From positions 608,001 through 672,000 of the forward strand of contig CAWDGJ010000002.1 of the NCBI GenBank assembly GCA_963801815.1: a stretch of DNA of 64,000 nucleotides, in the 5' to 3' direction. The translations under genes and the position numbers were made by a program. Below the pieces are notes generated by a model. That model made no database searches and was not told the DNA's origin. It saw nothing but the letters and a program-made list of their open reading frames with translations. Shown here piece after piece: positions 1-9,780 of the stretch (position 1 is the stretch's first letter; every line of letters begins with the position of its first letter). This DNA comes from an uncultured Verrucomicrobiae bacterium (GTDB lineage: Bacteria; Verrucomicrobiota; Verrucomicrobiia; Chthoniobacterales; UBA10450).

Positions 1-1
1 G

Positions 2-136
2 TTGCTGCACATCACGCTCCACGGCTTGTTAGGGCTCTCTTATCTGCTCGCCGCACTGATTTCGGGCGGCGCCGCTGCCGTCGTCATCATCGCAATGTTC
101 ATGCTCGACCGCGGCAACCGGAGTGCCGCTCCATGA
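2..136 (+). CDS. 3' end of a membrane protein (partial), upstream member of the respiratory operon
   Basis: Open hydrophobic frame LLHITLHGLLGLSYLLAALISGGAAAVVIIAMFMLDRGNRSAAP*; stop overlaps the next start (ATGA at 133-136). Confidence 0.6.
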   Translation: MLHITLHGLLGLSYLLAALISGGAAAVVIIAMFMLDRGNRSAAP

Positions 137-1671
137 AAATGTTGACCACCTTCGCTGCGGTAGCGTTGCTTTCGACCATCGCGTATGCGGCCGGCCAAAC
201 AGAGACCAAAATATCGCCGAAGCTTGCTGCAATGCTCGACGCCAAGGACGAGCAGGGCAAACCGATCGTCACTCTGGAACAGCGAAATTATTTCGAGGGA
301 CTGAACGACAATCTCAAAGAGTTGCTTAACCACGCCGCCGAGAAAGAAACGATCTCGCGCGCGGAACACTTATCGATTCTTCTCGGTTTACAGTTGAATC
401 CGCAAAAGATGGAGTTGTTGCTGCAAAACAACTGCATTCTCTGCCACAGCGATTCCGCCAACCACACAGCCGACACGCTTTTTGCTGTCACGTCAGGGGC
501 CGAGGCCGCGGCGTCCCACATGAATCTGAAACAGGTGGTCGAAGACGTGCATTTTCGTCGCGGCGTTTCATGCGCCGGCTGTCACGGCGGTGACCCGACG
601 GCTGACCTTGGTCACGACTTCGTGAAAGAGTGGCCGGAAAAAGATCGGGACAAGAATCGCGCCTGGGTTGTCGCTTTTTGCGCGCGCTGCCATTCCGATC
701 CGACAAAGATGCACGACTTCAATCCGGCGCTGCCGACGGATCAGCTCGCAAAATTCAAAACCAGTCCCCACGGTCATCGACTTCTCGATCTGCACGACGA
801 TCGCGCGCCGTCATGTGTGAGCTGCCACGGAGTCCATGGGATTCGACCGGCAAAAGATCCGCAGTCCAAGGTGTATGCCCAGCGCGTTCCCGAGACGTGC
901 GGCGCGTGTCATGCAAATGCCGAGATCATGGCCGGCATCACGAAGGCTGACGGATCGCCGATGCCGACAACACAGTTGGCCGAATACAAGAAAAGCGTTC
1001 ACGGGCGAGCTTTGCTCGAGCGCGGGGATCTCGGCGCGCCCCGATGCAATACGTGCCATGGTAATCACGCAGCCAGTCCCCCCGGCGTGGCCCAAGTCAG
1101 CAAGAGTTGCAGCATCTGCCATTCGGCGAACGCCGGCCTGTTTGATGGCAGCAAACACAAGCAGGCTTTTGATCAACGCAACTGGCCGGAGTGCGGCAAG
1201 TGCCACAGTAATCACAACATTGTCAAAACAAACGACGCGATGCTGTCGACTGCGGCCGGCGGTTTGTGCGGAGATTGCCACCGGCAGTACGCCAAGGACA
1301 ATCCCGATTGCATCCAAAGCGCGGATTATTTTCACCACACCATCGCGCAAATGGACGAAGAGCGGAGTCGGTTCAGCGCTGAGTCTGAAAAACTCGCGGC
1401 CCGAGGTTTGGATGTCGAGCCGATCAGCAATCAGCTCACCGAGCTCACAGACACGCTGAAGAAATCGCGCACCTATGTGCATTCGTTCAGCCGGAGCACT
1501 TTCCAACAAGCAGCCGCGCCGGGATTGGTCGCGATCACGAAAGTTCAGGAGTTAACGAACGCGGCGCATCAGGAACACAAGTATCGGCAATACGGCCTGG
1601 GCGTGAGTATTGCCGTCATCGGACTGTTGATGCTGACGATTTATCTCAAACTGCGACAGCTCGAGAAATGA
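133..1671 (+). CDS. Membrane-anchored nine-heme c-type cytochrome
   Basis: Signal peptide; nine CxxCH motifs (CILCH, CAGCH, CARCH, CVSCH, CGACH, CNTCH, CSICH, CGKCH, CGDCH); helical stalk; C-terminal TM helix. Confidence 0.9.
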   Translation: MKMLTTFAAVALLSTIAYAAGQTETKISPKLAAMLDAKDEQGKPIVTLEQRNYFEGLNDNLKELLNHAAEKETISRAEHLSILLGLQLNPQKMELLLQNNCILCHSDSANHTADTLFAVTSGAEAAASHMNLKQVVEDVHFRRGVSCAGCHGGDPTADLGHDFVKEWPEKDRDKNRAWVVAFCARCHSDPTKMHDFNPALPTDQLAKFKTSPHGHRLLDLHDDRAPSCVSCHGVHGIRPAKDPQSKVYAQRVPETCGACHANAEIMAGITKADGSPMPTTQLAEYKKSVHGRALLERGDLGAPRCNTCHGNHAASPPGVAQVSKSCSICHSANAGLFDGSKHKQAFDQRNWPECGKCHSNHNIVKTNDAMLSTAAGGLCGDCHRQYAKDNPDCIQSADYFHHTIAQMDEERSRFSAESEKLAARGLDVEPISNQLTELTDTLKKSRTYVHSFSRSTFQQAAAPGLVAITKVQELTNAAHQEHKYRQYGLGVSIAVIGLLMLTIYLKLRQLEK

Positions 1672-1805
1672 TGCCGCCGTCCGACCAGAGCGACCAGAAA
1701 AAGGAATTCTTTCCGAGCGGCGCGATTTTCTTTTTTGCGTTGCTGTTGGTTTTCTATGCAGCGCTTTGGCTCGTGATCTACTGGCTGATGATCGCGCGCA
1801 GTTGA
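1668..1805 (+). CDS. Probable cytochrome oxidase subunit IIa (45 aa, single TM); not in the ORF track
   Basis: MMPPSDQSDQKKEFFPSGAIFFFALLLVFYAALWLVIYWLMIARS*; overlaps the upstream stop and ends 1 nt before subunit II, the usual position of IIa in ba3-type operons. Confidence 0.75.
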   Translation: MMPPSDQSDQKKEFFPSGAIFFFALLLVFYAALWLVIYWLMIARS

Positions 1806-1806
1806 T

Positions 1807-2580
1807 ATGACTCCCGCGCTTAAACTCGAACGGAGAATTGTCGTCATTGCAACCGCCTTCGTGATCGTGCTGTTCGGACTGGCCGCGATGGCAATCAACA
1901 TGTTTCACGTTGGCCTTCCTACCTGTTTGACCGACATCAAACCTTTTGAGAAAGGCGAGCTCATCACCCACTCACCAACTCATTACGAAATCCATTACGT
2001 AGCGAAAATGTGGGACTTCGAACCGGCCGAAGTCGTTGTGCCCGCAGGATCAACCGTCGACGTTTATGTGAGCACGCCGGATGTCACGCATGGACTCATT
2101 CTTCTGGGGACGAACCTGAACCTGATGGTCGTCCCGGGAGTCGTGAATTACGCGCGCCTGAAGTTCGATCAACCGCACAACTACCAACTGCTTTGCCACG
2201 AGTATTGCGGGACCGGCCACGAGCGGATGGCCGCCAATTTGCGCGTGGTCGATGCGACAACATTCGAGGCGAAGAAAATCGCGCCCGCCCCACCAGAGAT
2301 CAACGACGCAGCCTACAAGCTGCTCGAAGCCAAGGATTGTTTCACCTGTCATTCGATCGACGGTTCGGAAGGAATTGGTCCGACGTTCAAGGGAATGTTC
2401 GACCGTAAAACAAAGCTGAAGAGCGGCGCCACGATTACTGCGGACGACGCCTATCTGCGCGAATCAATCGTCAATCCCAGCGCGAAAATCGTTGACGGTT
2501 TTGACGATGTGATGCCGAAACCGGAGGTGACCGGCGAAGAAGTCGACGTCATCCTCAAATATCTCGAGAACTTAAAATAG
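1807..2580 (+). CDS. B-family (ba3-type) heme-copper oxidase subunit II with fused C-terminal cytochrome c
   Basis: Single N-terminal TM; CuA ligands DVTHG...CHEYCGTGHERM; C-terminal CFTCH with distal Met. Confidence 0.9.
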   Translation: MTPALKLERRIVVIATAFVIVLFGLAAMAINMFHVGLPTCLTDIKPFEKGELITHSPTHYEIHYVAKMWDFEPAEVVVPAGSTVDVYVSTPDVTHGLILLGTNLNLMVVPGVVNYARLKFDQPHNYQLLCHEYCGTGHERMAANLRVVDATTFEAKKIAPAPPEINDAAYKLLEAKDCFTCHSIDGSEGIGPTFKGMFDRKTKLKSGATITADDAYLRESIVNPSAKIVDGFDDVMPKPEVTGEEVDVILKYLENLK

Positions 2581-2587
2581 AAAACTG

Positions 2588-4327
2588 ATGGAACTTCCTA
2601 ACGAACGCCCGTTTTCGCCAAACGCCAGTCCGGATCGGACCTACGGCGTGGCGAGCATCGAGTCAGGACTGAAACGGATGATTCTGATCGAACTGATCTT
2701 TCCGACCACGTTGCTGATTCTCGGGATTTATCACGGCCTGATGCAGGTGCTCTATCGCGCAGGCCACATTCATACGCGGAAGGTCCTGGGACTCGATTAT
2801 TACCAGGGTCTGACCCTTCACGGCGTCGTCAACGCAATCGTGTTCACAACTTTCTTTGCAGTCGCGTTCGGGTACGCGGTGATTCGTTTTTACCTCGGCA
2901 GGGTGAACATGAAGGTCGCATGGCTCTCATTCGCCTTGATGATCGTGGGCACGTTGCTTGCCGCCGCTGCAATTTTATCAGGAACATCGAGCGTTCTTTA
3001 CACGTTTTATCCGCCGCTGCGCGCCCATCCGGCGTTTTACATCGGATTAACGCTGGTCGTCGTCGGTTCCTGGATCGCGTTCTTCAACTGGCTGCCAACC
3101 TATTTCACGTGGAAACGGGAGCATCACGGACAGAAAGTCCCGCTCGCGGTCGTCGGAATTTTCGCGGCATTTATCGTTTGGTTGATCGCAACGATTCCGG
3201 TCGCGATCGAAATCATCTTTTTGCTAATTCCGTGGTCGATGGGCTGGGTCCCAACCGTGAACGTCCCGCTCGCCAGAATGCTGTTTTGGTTCTTCGGACA
3301 CCCGCTCGTCTATTTCTGGCTGCTGCCGACCTACGTCATGTATTACACGATGCTCCCGAAAGTTTCGGGCGGAAAATTATTCTCCGACTTCGCGGGCCGG
3401 TTAACCTTCATGTGGCTCATTCTTTATTCCGCGCCGGTCGGCATTCACCATCAATTCACCGAGCCGGGCATTAGCAGCACGTGGAAATTCGTCCACGCGT
3501 TTTTCACCATGCTGGTGGCAGTTCCAAGTTTCGCGACCGCATTTGTGATGGCGGCATCGATGGAGCTTGGCGCGCGCGCCAACGGCGGCCGCGGCTTGAT
3601 TGGTTGGTGGAAAAAACTTCCCTACCTCGACACTCAGCGCTGGCTCTTTAGTTATTTCTTCTGTGGCCTTTTCATTTTTATTTTTGGCGGCGTGACCGGA
3701 ATCATCAACGCCTCGTACAATTTGGACATCGTCGTGCACAACACCTCCTGGTTGCCGGCACATTTTCATCAAACCGTTGCCGGGCCGGTTTTTCTTTCTT
3801 ACATCGGGATGACGCTGTTCCTGGTCGCGAAATTGATGGGCAAGGAAATCAAGTTTCCGCGCATGAATGTTTGGACTCCCTACATCTGGACGCTCGGCAT
3901 CATGATTTTCTCGACCGGACTTTTTATTGGCGGGGCCGCGGGTGAACCGCGCCGCACGAACATGGGATTGACCTACACCAATCCTCAGTCGCCGCTGTAT
4001 CACTCCGACTGGCAGGCTGCGAAAATGCTCGGCAGCCTCGGTGGAACCATCATGGCAATCGCAGCGATCATGTTCTTCATCGTTTTCTTCGTGACGTTGT
4101 TCAGCAAATCGACAAAGCCGGGCTCGCTTGAGCTCATCGTTTCCGAGCCGTATCACGACGAGCAAGTGCGTGCCGTGCAAAGTTTTACGCCGTGGTTAAT
4201 TGGAGCGGCGCTTCTGCTTGTAATCGCTTATGCACCGCCGATCGCGCAGACGCTGCGAAGCAATTTTCCGGGCGCGCGGCCTTATACTCCGGATCGACCA
4301 ACGCCAATGACCTTTTCGAAGCCGTGA
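2588..4327 (+). CDS. B-family (ba3-type) heme-copper oxygen reductase subunit I
   Basis: LTLHG, FWFFGHPLVYFWLLPTY (His-Tyr crosslink), GIHHQF and VVHNTSWLPAHFH motifs; many TM helices. Confidence 0.92.
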   Translation: MELPNERPFSPNASPDRTYGVASIESGLKRMILIELIFPTTLLILGIYHGLMQVLYRAGHIHTRKVLGLDYYQGLTLHGVVNAIVFTTFFAVAFGYAVIRFYLGRVNMKVAWLSFALMIVGTLLAAAAILSGTSSVLYTFYPPLRAHPAFYIGLTLVVVGSWIAFFNWLPTYFTWKREHHGQKVPLAVVGIFAAFIVWLIATIPVAIEIIFLLIPWSMGWVPTVNVPLARMLFWFFGHPLVYFWLLPTYVMYYTMLPKVSGGKLFSDFAGRLTFMWLILYSAPVGIHHQFTEPGISSTWKFVHAFFTMLVAVPSFATAFVMAASMELGARANGGRGLIGWWKKLPYLDTQRWLFSYFFCGLFIFIFGGVTGIINASYNLDIVVHNTSWLPAHFHQTVAGPVFLSYIGMTLFLVAKLMGKEIKFPRMNVWTPYIWTLGIMIFSTGLFIGGAAGEPRRTNMGLTYTNPQSPLYHSDWQAAKMLGSLGGTIMAIAAIMFFIVFFVTLFSKSTKPGSLELIVSEPYHDEQVRAVQSFTPWLIGAALLLVIAYAPPIAQTLRSNFPGARPYTPDRPTPMTFSKP

Positions 4328-5040
4328 ACCAAACTCTCACGCTGCTCGCTTTTGCATTTCTCGCTTCGAGCGCGCCCGCGAATGTTGTCGATCTTGCTCC
4401 GCAACGTGGCCGCATGATTCCTTCGATTCATTGGATGGACGAAACTGGACGCGCACGGCAACTGTCAGAATTCTCCGGATATCCGTTCATCCTTCTTCCC
4501 ATTTATACCCGTTGTCCCGGTCCGTGCCTGCAAACTGTCGATCGCTTGAAGCAGGCGCTGACCGATGCTTCGGACAATCCGCGCCAATTTCGAGTTCTCC
4601 TCTTTTCCTTCGACCCGTCCGACAACGCGGCGACGCTGGCGAAATATCGGCGGCGGGAAAACATTCCGCTCAGTTGGTCGATCGGTGCCGGCTCACAATC
4701 CGAAATCGACGCGTTGCTCGAATCAGTTGGGGTTCAAGTTGGCAAAGCCGGAACGGAATTCACGCATCCCAATGTTCTTGTCGTCCTCGATTCGAAGCTG
4801 CGGATCGCGAAATGGATTTACGGGACAAACTATTCGGGCGCCGATGTCGATCGTGCGCTGAAGGTCGCCGCCGGTGAAAGCGATTGGATCGGCCAACACT
4901 CGCAAATGCTTTATTCGTTGCTACTTTTCGCCGGCTCCGGCCTTTGCGTGGCGCTCTCCTACCACTTGATGCAGTTCTTCTCGCTGCGGCGCTCAAGCCG
5001 CAGTGCATCGGTTATTGAGCCGATCGCCGCCGATCGCTAA
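4324..5040 (+). CDS. SCO family copper chaperone
   Basis: GTG start overlapping the subunit I stop; CPGPC (CxxxC), SFDP and distal His (FTHP); C-terminal TM. Confidence 0.85.
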   Translation: MNQTLTLLAFAFLASSAPANVVDLAPQRGRMIPSIHWMDETGRARQLSEFSGYPFILLPIYTRCPGPCLQTVDRLKQALTDASDNPRQFRVLLFSFDPSDNAATLAKYRRRENIPLSWSIGAGSQSEIDALLESVGVQVGKAGTEFTHPNVLVVLDSKLRIAKWIYGTNYSGADVDRALKVAAGESDWIGQHSQMLYSLLLFAGSGLCVALSYHLMQFFSLRRSSRSASVIEPIAADR

Positions 5041-6240
5041 GCCTTCGTGGGTCTCCTCAACGATGTGGTCGACCACAGCCTTCAAATCATGGCTGCTGCG
5101 TTCCCACGCGGCGAGTTGTCGGTCCGCGCCGGTGCCTTCGCTCATGATTTTTTCGACATGTGCGATTTCACGACCGAGCCCGAGCTCGTCCACTTCCGTT
5201 CCGATGAACTCGAGCATTTCGTGCAATAGGGTGCGCTCGTCGACTTCACTGCCGCGTCCGAAATCAATTAGCTTGCCGTCCAAACCGTAGCGGGCTGCGC
5301 GCCATCGGTTCTCATCTATCAAACGCCGCGGATAACTTCGGAACGTCACATTCTGTGCGCGCAGCTTGTGCAGTTTAACCACGATCGCCTGCATCAGCGC
5401 GGCCAGCGCAATCGTGTCGTCCACCCGCGATTGGGCATCGCAAATTCGAAACTCGATGGTGTTAAAAAACGGATGGAGCCGAATGTCCCACCAAATCTTC
5501 TTCGCGTTGTCGATGCAGTTGGTGGAGACCAGCAACTTCAGGTAATCGTCGTACTCCGATAGACTTTCGAACGCGTCGGGAATTCCAGTTCGGGGAAAGC
5601 GCTCGAAGATCATCTGCCGGTACGCTTTCAATCCGGTATTTTGGCCAAGCCAAAACGGCGAGTTCACTGACAATGCGTAAAGATGCGGCAGGAAGTAGCG
5701 CGCCTGGTTCATCACATCGATTGCTTCCTCGCGATCGGGAATGCCGACGTGCACGTGTAAACCCCAGATCAAATTCGCCCGCGCGATTTGCTGCATGTCG
5801 TTCAAGATCGTCACGTAACGCTCATCCGGACTGATGAGCTGGTCCATCCAATGCGAAAACGGATGCGTGCCGGACGACGCGATTTTGAGTCCTTCCATCT
5901 CCGCAATTCCCGCCAATTCACTGCGCAGCTCGATCACCTGGCGACGCGCGTCGTCGATGTCGTGACAGATTTCCGTTCCGAGTTCGACGACCGATTGATG
6001 AAACTCGGCTTTGACGCGTTCTTTTAACAACACTTTGCCGTCCGCGAGAATCTGTTGAATGTGCGACCGTAGCTCGCGCGTTTCTGGATCGATGATCTGG
6101 AATTCCTCCTCGATCCCAAGCGTGAATGTGTGATCGCGCGTGCCCGATCTCTTTGCCGAAGTTCTGGCCCGTGGCCGATGATTTTTCTTCGGGGTTAAAC
6201 GGCGATCCAGCATCGCGATAGAACTATTCGGCATCTTCAT
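4993..6240 (-). CDS. Carboxylate-amine ligase (YbdK / glutamate-cysteine ligase family 2)
   Basis: TLGIEEEFQ, GLHVHVG, NSPFW, IWWDIR, TIEFRICD, ENRWRAARYGLDG motifs; start may be further downstream. Confidence 0.9.
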   Translation of the reverse strand: MKMPNSSIAMLDRRLTPKKNHRPRARTSAKRSGTRDHTFTLGIEEEFQIIDPETRELRSHIQQILADGKVLLKERVKAEFHQSVVELGTEICHDIDDARRQVIELRSELAGIAEMEGLKIASSGTHPFSHWMDQLISPDERYVTILNDMQQIARANLIWGLHVHVGIPDREEAIDVMNQARYFLPHLYALSVNSPFWLGQNTGLKAYRQMIFERFPRTGIPDAFESLSEYDDYLKLLVSTNCIDNAKKIWWDIRLHPFFNTIEFRICDAQSRVDDTIALAALMQAIVVKLHKLRAQNVTFRSYPRRLIDENRWRAARYGLDGKLIDFGRGSEVDERTLLHEMLEFIGTEVDELGLGREIAHVEKIMSEGTGADRQLAAWERSSHDLKAVVDHIVEETHEGLAIGGDRLNNRCTAA

Positions 6241-6396
6241 GGTTCGATCATACTGGAGACGCGTGACGTCGCTTCACCGTAATTGTCAATTCCTAGCCAT
6301 TTCTTGTTGGGAATAAGCCGCCCGACAGCAAGAAACGCACACCATTAGCCAACTCGCGCCAAGCACCCGCGATGCGGCCACAGCATAGTGTCACAT

Positions 6397-6903
6397 ATGA
6401 AAACCGAATCTCTGCTCCATCCTCTCGAAAATAAACAGGACCTTTGGAAAGAAATCGCCGCTCACCCGTTCCTCGCCGGAATGAGCGCGCATCATCTCGA
6501 CCTGCTGGCGCGTTACGCGACGAAAAAACAATTCAAACCGGACGAAGTCATTTTTCGCGCCGGCGAGCCTGCCCATGGTTTTTACCTGGTCGAGACCGGA
6601 CAAATCGCGCTCGAAGGCTCGGTAATGGAGCATGGACCAATCGCAACCGACATCGTCCAAGCCGGCGAACCACTTGGCTGGTCATGGTTATTCCCGCCAT
6701 ATCGCTGGCATTTTGACGCCCGGGCGCTCGAACCTGTCACCGTGATCTTCTTCGACGGCGATATTCTTCGCCAGCACTACAACGAAGATCTGACGCTCGG
6801 CCACGATCTCTCTCAACGAATGTGCAGAGTGATGGTGCATCGGCTTCAGGCCACCAGACGCAAATTGATCGCGACGATGCACAATTGCCGGCCTAACCAA
6901 TGA
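6397..6903 (+). CDS. Stand-alone cyclic nucleotide-binding domain protein
   Basis: IFRAGEPAHGFYLVETG...GEPLGWSWL...ARALE; no HTH. Confidence 0.85.
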   Translation: MKTESLLHPLENKQDLWKEIAAHPFLAGMSAHHLDLLARYATKKQFKPDEVIFRAGEPAHGFYLVETGQIALEGSVMEHGPIATDIVQAGEPLGWSWLFPPYRWHFDARALEPVTVIFFDGDILRQHYNEDLTLGHDLSQRMCRVMVHRLQATRRKLIATMHNCRPNQ

Positions 6904-7727
6904 CAACTACACTCAGTCCTATTCTCTCTCAACAAACGTCCACTTCCAAAATCGTAACTCTGGACAACATCGAGTTGAGTTTTGGCGATAAAAAAGTGCT
7001 GGATCGCGTGTCACTGGATATCGCTCCACAGGAACGACTGGTGATTATTGGTCAAAGCGGCGCGGGCAAAACGACGATCCTCCGCCTCATTCTCGGAATT
7101 CTGAAACCGGACGCGGGCTCGGTGTTTTTTAAACAAAATGAGATCTCGCGAATGAACGATCATGAATTGGAAAGCGTTCGGAGACGGATCGGAATGGTCT
7201 ACCAGGATGCTGCGTTGCTCAGCTCGATGACGGTGCGGGAGAACTTAGCGCTCCCGTTGGAAGAACTAACCGACAAAACCCCGGGCGAGATCAACCGGAT
7301 TGTCGATGAGAAACTGGAAATGGTTGAATTGGCGGGAGAGGATAAACTGATGCCGTTCGAATTGAGTGGTGGGATGCGCAAACGTGTCGGCCTGGCCCGG
7401 GCGCTGGTGATGGAGCCGGAACTCATTTTGTTCGACGAGCCAACGCAGGGACTTGATCCCGTGATCGGTGCGTTGATTGACGAACTGATCATTGACCTCA
7501 CAGAGCGAACAAAGACCACGTCGATCATCGTGACGCATTTGATGGACAGCGCATTTCACATCGCCACGCGACTGGCTATGTTGCATCGCGGCAGAATCAT
7601 CGAGCAGGGAGCACCGGAGGAGTTCAAACGCTCGACAAATCCGGCTGTGGCCCAGTTTTTGAAAGGAACAACCAGAGGTCCAATCCTCGAGCGAAGCAAA
7701 TATCACATGTTGTCTCCGGCCGACTGA
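6900..7727 (+). CDS. ABC transporter ATP-binding protein, MlaF/Mkl-like
   Basis: Walker A GQSGAGKT, LSGGMRKRVGLARAL, LFDEPTQGLDP, VTH. Confidence 0.9.
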   Translation: MTTTLSPILSQQTSTSKIVTLDNIELSFGDKKVLDRVSLDIAPQERLVIIGQSGAGKTTILRLILGILKPDAGSVFFKQNEISRMNDHELESVRRRIGMVYQDAALLSSMTVRENLALPLEELTDKTPGEINRIVDEKLEMVELAGEDKLMPFELSGGMRKRVGLARALVMEPELILFDEPTQGLDPVIGALIDELIIDLTERTKTTSIIVTHLMDSAFHIATRLAMLHRGRIIEQGAPEEFKRSTNPAVAQFLKGTTRGPILERSKYHMLSPAD

Positions 7728-7795
7728 CGCTGACGCGACGAAATCGGTATAGAAGAGCGCAACCAAAGAAGGCTAAAAGGGGTTTTATTGATAAG

Positions 7796-8662
7796 ATGGT
7801 GTTTATGAAACAGTTGTTGGTGATTACCTCAGCCGCGATTTGGCTCGTCGCTAACCACGGCGCGTTGGCCCACGGGAATAACAATAGCAATGCTTCGGAT
7901 CCGGTTGCGCCGGCGACGCATGGCGGTTCTGCACCGGCGCCCGCGCCGCCGGCACCGACAACTGCGGGCGCACCGCATCTCAGCGGACTTGCCCACCCCA
8001 ACAACGGCGCGCCGTATTCCTACGGGTCAATGCCATATCGGCCGGTTGTCACCTATCAGAACGGCAACCGGACGTTGAATTACCCCGCAGTGGGCAACTC
8101 CCTGGCGCATCACTCAACTCAATCAATTACGCACAGCACGGCCGTTCACAGTACCCACTCCTTGCAACACGTTGGTGGTTCGCAGAACAATTTCGCGGGA
8201 AATACCGCAACGAAAACGCGACAGCTCGATCCACAAACGGCGATACGTTTACACAATTGGAAAGGCAACGTTTCCAGCGCGGCGCAGGCGCACCAGAACA
8301 ACGCGAATAATTCCCATCATCATCACGACCATGATTGGTGGCGTCATCATTGTGTTGCCTTCATTTTTTGGGACTGGGGCTGGTGGGGTTGGGATGACGG
8401 CTGGTGGTATCCGGCCTGGGGCTACGACCCGTACTCTAGTTATGAGTACAACGCGCCGATTTATGGTGATGTAACGCCGGAACAAATCGTCGCCGCCATT
8501 CAGGCTCAACTGCAACAGCTCGGTTATTACACCTACGCGATCGATGGCCAAATGGGTCCGCTAACTCGTGCGGCGCTAAATCGCTATCAAAGTGATCACC
8601 GATTGCCGATCACCTCCGTCCTTGACCCAGCAACACTGGGATCACTCGGCATTCTTCAGTGA
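7796..8662 (+). CDS. Secreted protein with Trp/His-rich segment and C-terminal peptidoglycan-binding domain
   Basis: Signal peptide, low-complexity linker, WDWGWWGWDDGWWYPAWGY, IQAQLQQLGYY..IDGQMGPLTRAALNRYQ. Confidence 0.8.
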   Translation: MVFMKQLLVITSAAIWLVANHGALAHGNNNSNASDPVAPATHGGSAPAPAPPAPTTAGAPHLSGLAHPNNGAPYSYGSMPYRPVVTYQNGNRTLNYPAVGNSLAHHSTQSITHSTAVHSTHSLQHVGGSQNNFAGNTATKTRQLDPQTAIRLHNWKGNVSSAAQAHQNNANNSHHHHDHDWWRHHCVAFIFWDWGWWGWDDGWWYPAWGYDPYSSYEYNAPIYGDVTPEQIVAAIQAQLQQLGYYTYAIDGQMGPLTRAALNRYQSDHRLPITSVLDPATLGSLGILQ

Positions 8663-8684
8663 TTGATCGTTGTGCGTCACCTTT

Positions 8685-9662
8685 TCAGTCCAGTGGACTC
8701 TTAACTCCAAGGCCCGGACGATTCAGCACGTGCGTGTAAATCATCGTCGTGCTTACATCTTTGTGGCCTAATAACTCCTGCACGGTGCGAATGTCGTATC
8801 CGCGCTCGAGCAGATGGGTGGCAAACGAATGGCGCAAGGTGTGGCAGGTTGCGGGTTTGTTGATGTCTCCTTGACTGACTGCATCCTTTACCGCGCGTTG
8901 GAGAATGCTTTCTGCAATGTGATGGCGCTGTTTTTTCCCCGAGCGCGGATCGATCGAGAGACGCGAGGAAGCGAAGATGTATTGCCACATCCATTGTGGG
9001 CCGGCGTTTGGATATTTGCGTGCCAGGGCATGAGGAAGGAACACGTCGCCAAAACCATCGGCCAGGTCCTGCTCGTGTTGCGAGCGGCGTTTAAGTAAGT
9101 GTCTCTGCAATGCCTGTGCAAGATTTGTCGGGAGCATCGTAACCCGGTCTTTGCCGCCCTTAGTGTCGCGCACTGTAATTCTCAGGTAAGCAAGATCGAT
9201 ATCTTTGACTCTCAGTCTGACACACTCCATTAATCGGAGCCCACTTCCGTAAAGTAATCCCGCCATCAGCTTTGGCGTTCCGTGCAGGTAAGAGAAGATT
9301 TTGCGAACTTCGGCGCGTGTAAGCACCACCGGTAACCGCGCAGGCTTTTTTGCCCGTTCAACGCGATCGAGCCATCCGATTTCCTGCTGCAGAACTTCGC
9401 GATAAAGAAAGAGCAAGGCGCTCAGCGCCTGATTCTGGGTGGCTGCGGCCACGTTGGCCTTCACTGCCAAGTGGGTAAGGAACTCGGTTATCTCTGCTTC
9501 AGCCATTTCGGCTGGATGCCGTTTGCGATGAAACAGGATGTATCGTTTGATCCAATCGCAATACGCGTGTTCGGTTCGAATGCTGTAATGCTTACGCCGG
9601 ATCACGTCACGAACGCGGTCGAGCAATTTTACCTTGTTGGGAATTGACGGCGAGCCTAGCAT
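8685..9662 (-). CDS. intI: Integron integrase (tyrosine recombinase)
   Basis: [26 protein letters not shown], integron-specific insert [46 protein letters not shown] at 9662 preferred over the ORF-track start. Confidence 0.97.
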   Translation of the reverse strand: MLGSPSIPNKVKLLDRVRDVIRRKHYSIRTEHAYCDWIKRYILFHRKRHPAEMAEAEITEFLTHLAVKANVAAATQNQALSALLFLYREVLQQEIGWLDRVERAKKPARLPVVLTRAEVRKIFSYLHGTPKLMAGLLYGSGLRLMECVRLRVKDIDLAYLRITVRDTKGGKDRVTMLPTNLAQALQRHLLKRRSQHEQDLADGFGDVFLPHALARKYPNAGPQWMWQYIFASSRLSIDPRSGKKQRHHIAESILQRAVKDAVSQGDINKPATCHTLRHSFATHLLERGYDIRTVQELLGHKDVSTTMIYTHVLNRPGLGVKSPLD

Positions 9663-9715
9663 TTCTGGGAGGGAGCCCCCATGATGAGACCCAGAACAAA
9701 GAATATCAACCGGAT

Positions 9716-9772
9716 TAGACGCCAAAATGGCGCCTTTAAATACGCCATTTTGGCGTCTACTTCTCGTTAGAT
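9716..9772 (+). other. Putative attI site
   Basis: Core GTTAGAT (9766-9772) preceded by a 5-nt spacer and an imperfect inverted box CGTCTAC; 17-bp perfect inverted repeat at 9716-9732/9743-9759; located between intI and the first cassette. Confidence 0.7.
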
Positions 9773-9780
9773 GACGTAGT

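Noticed and set aside
2588..4327. Nitric oxide reductase interpretation of the oxidase
   Set aside because: The crosslink Tyr (HPLVY) and other ba3-like motifs are retained, consistent with O2 reduction.
9685..9698. Possible Verrucomicrobia-type LexA box (TGTTC-N4-GAACA) upstream of intI
   Set aside because: Only the GAACA half matches (TGAGA-CCCA-GAACA); too weak to call.
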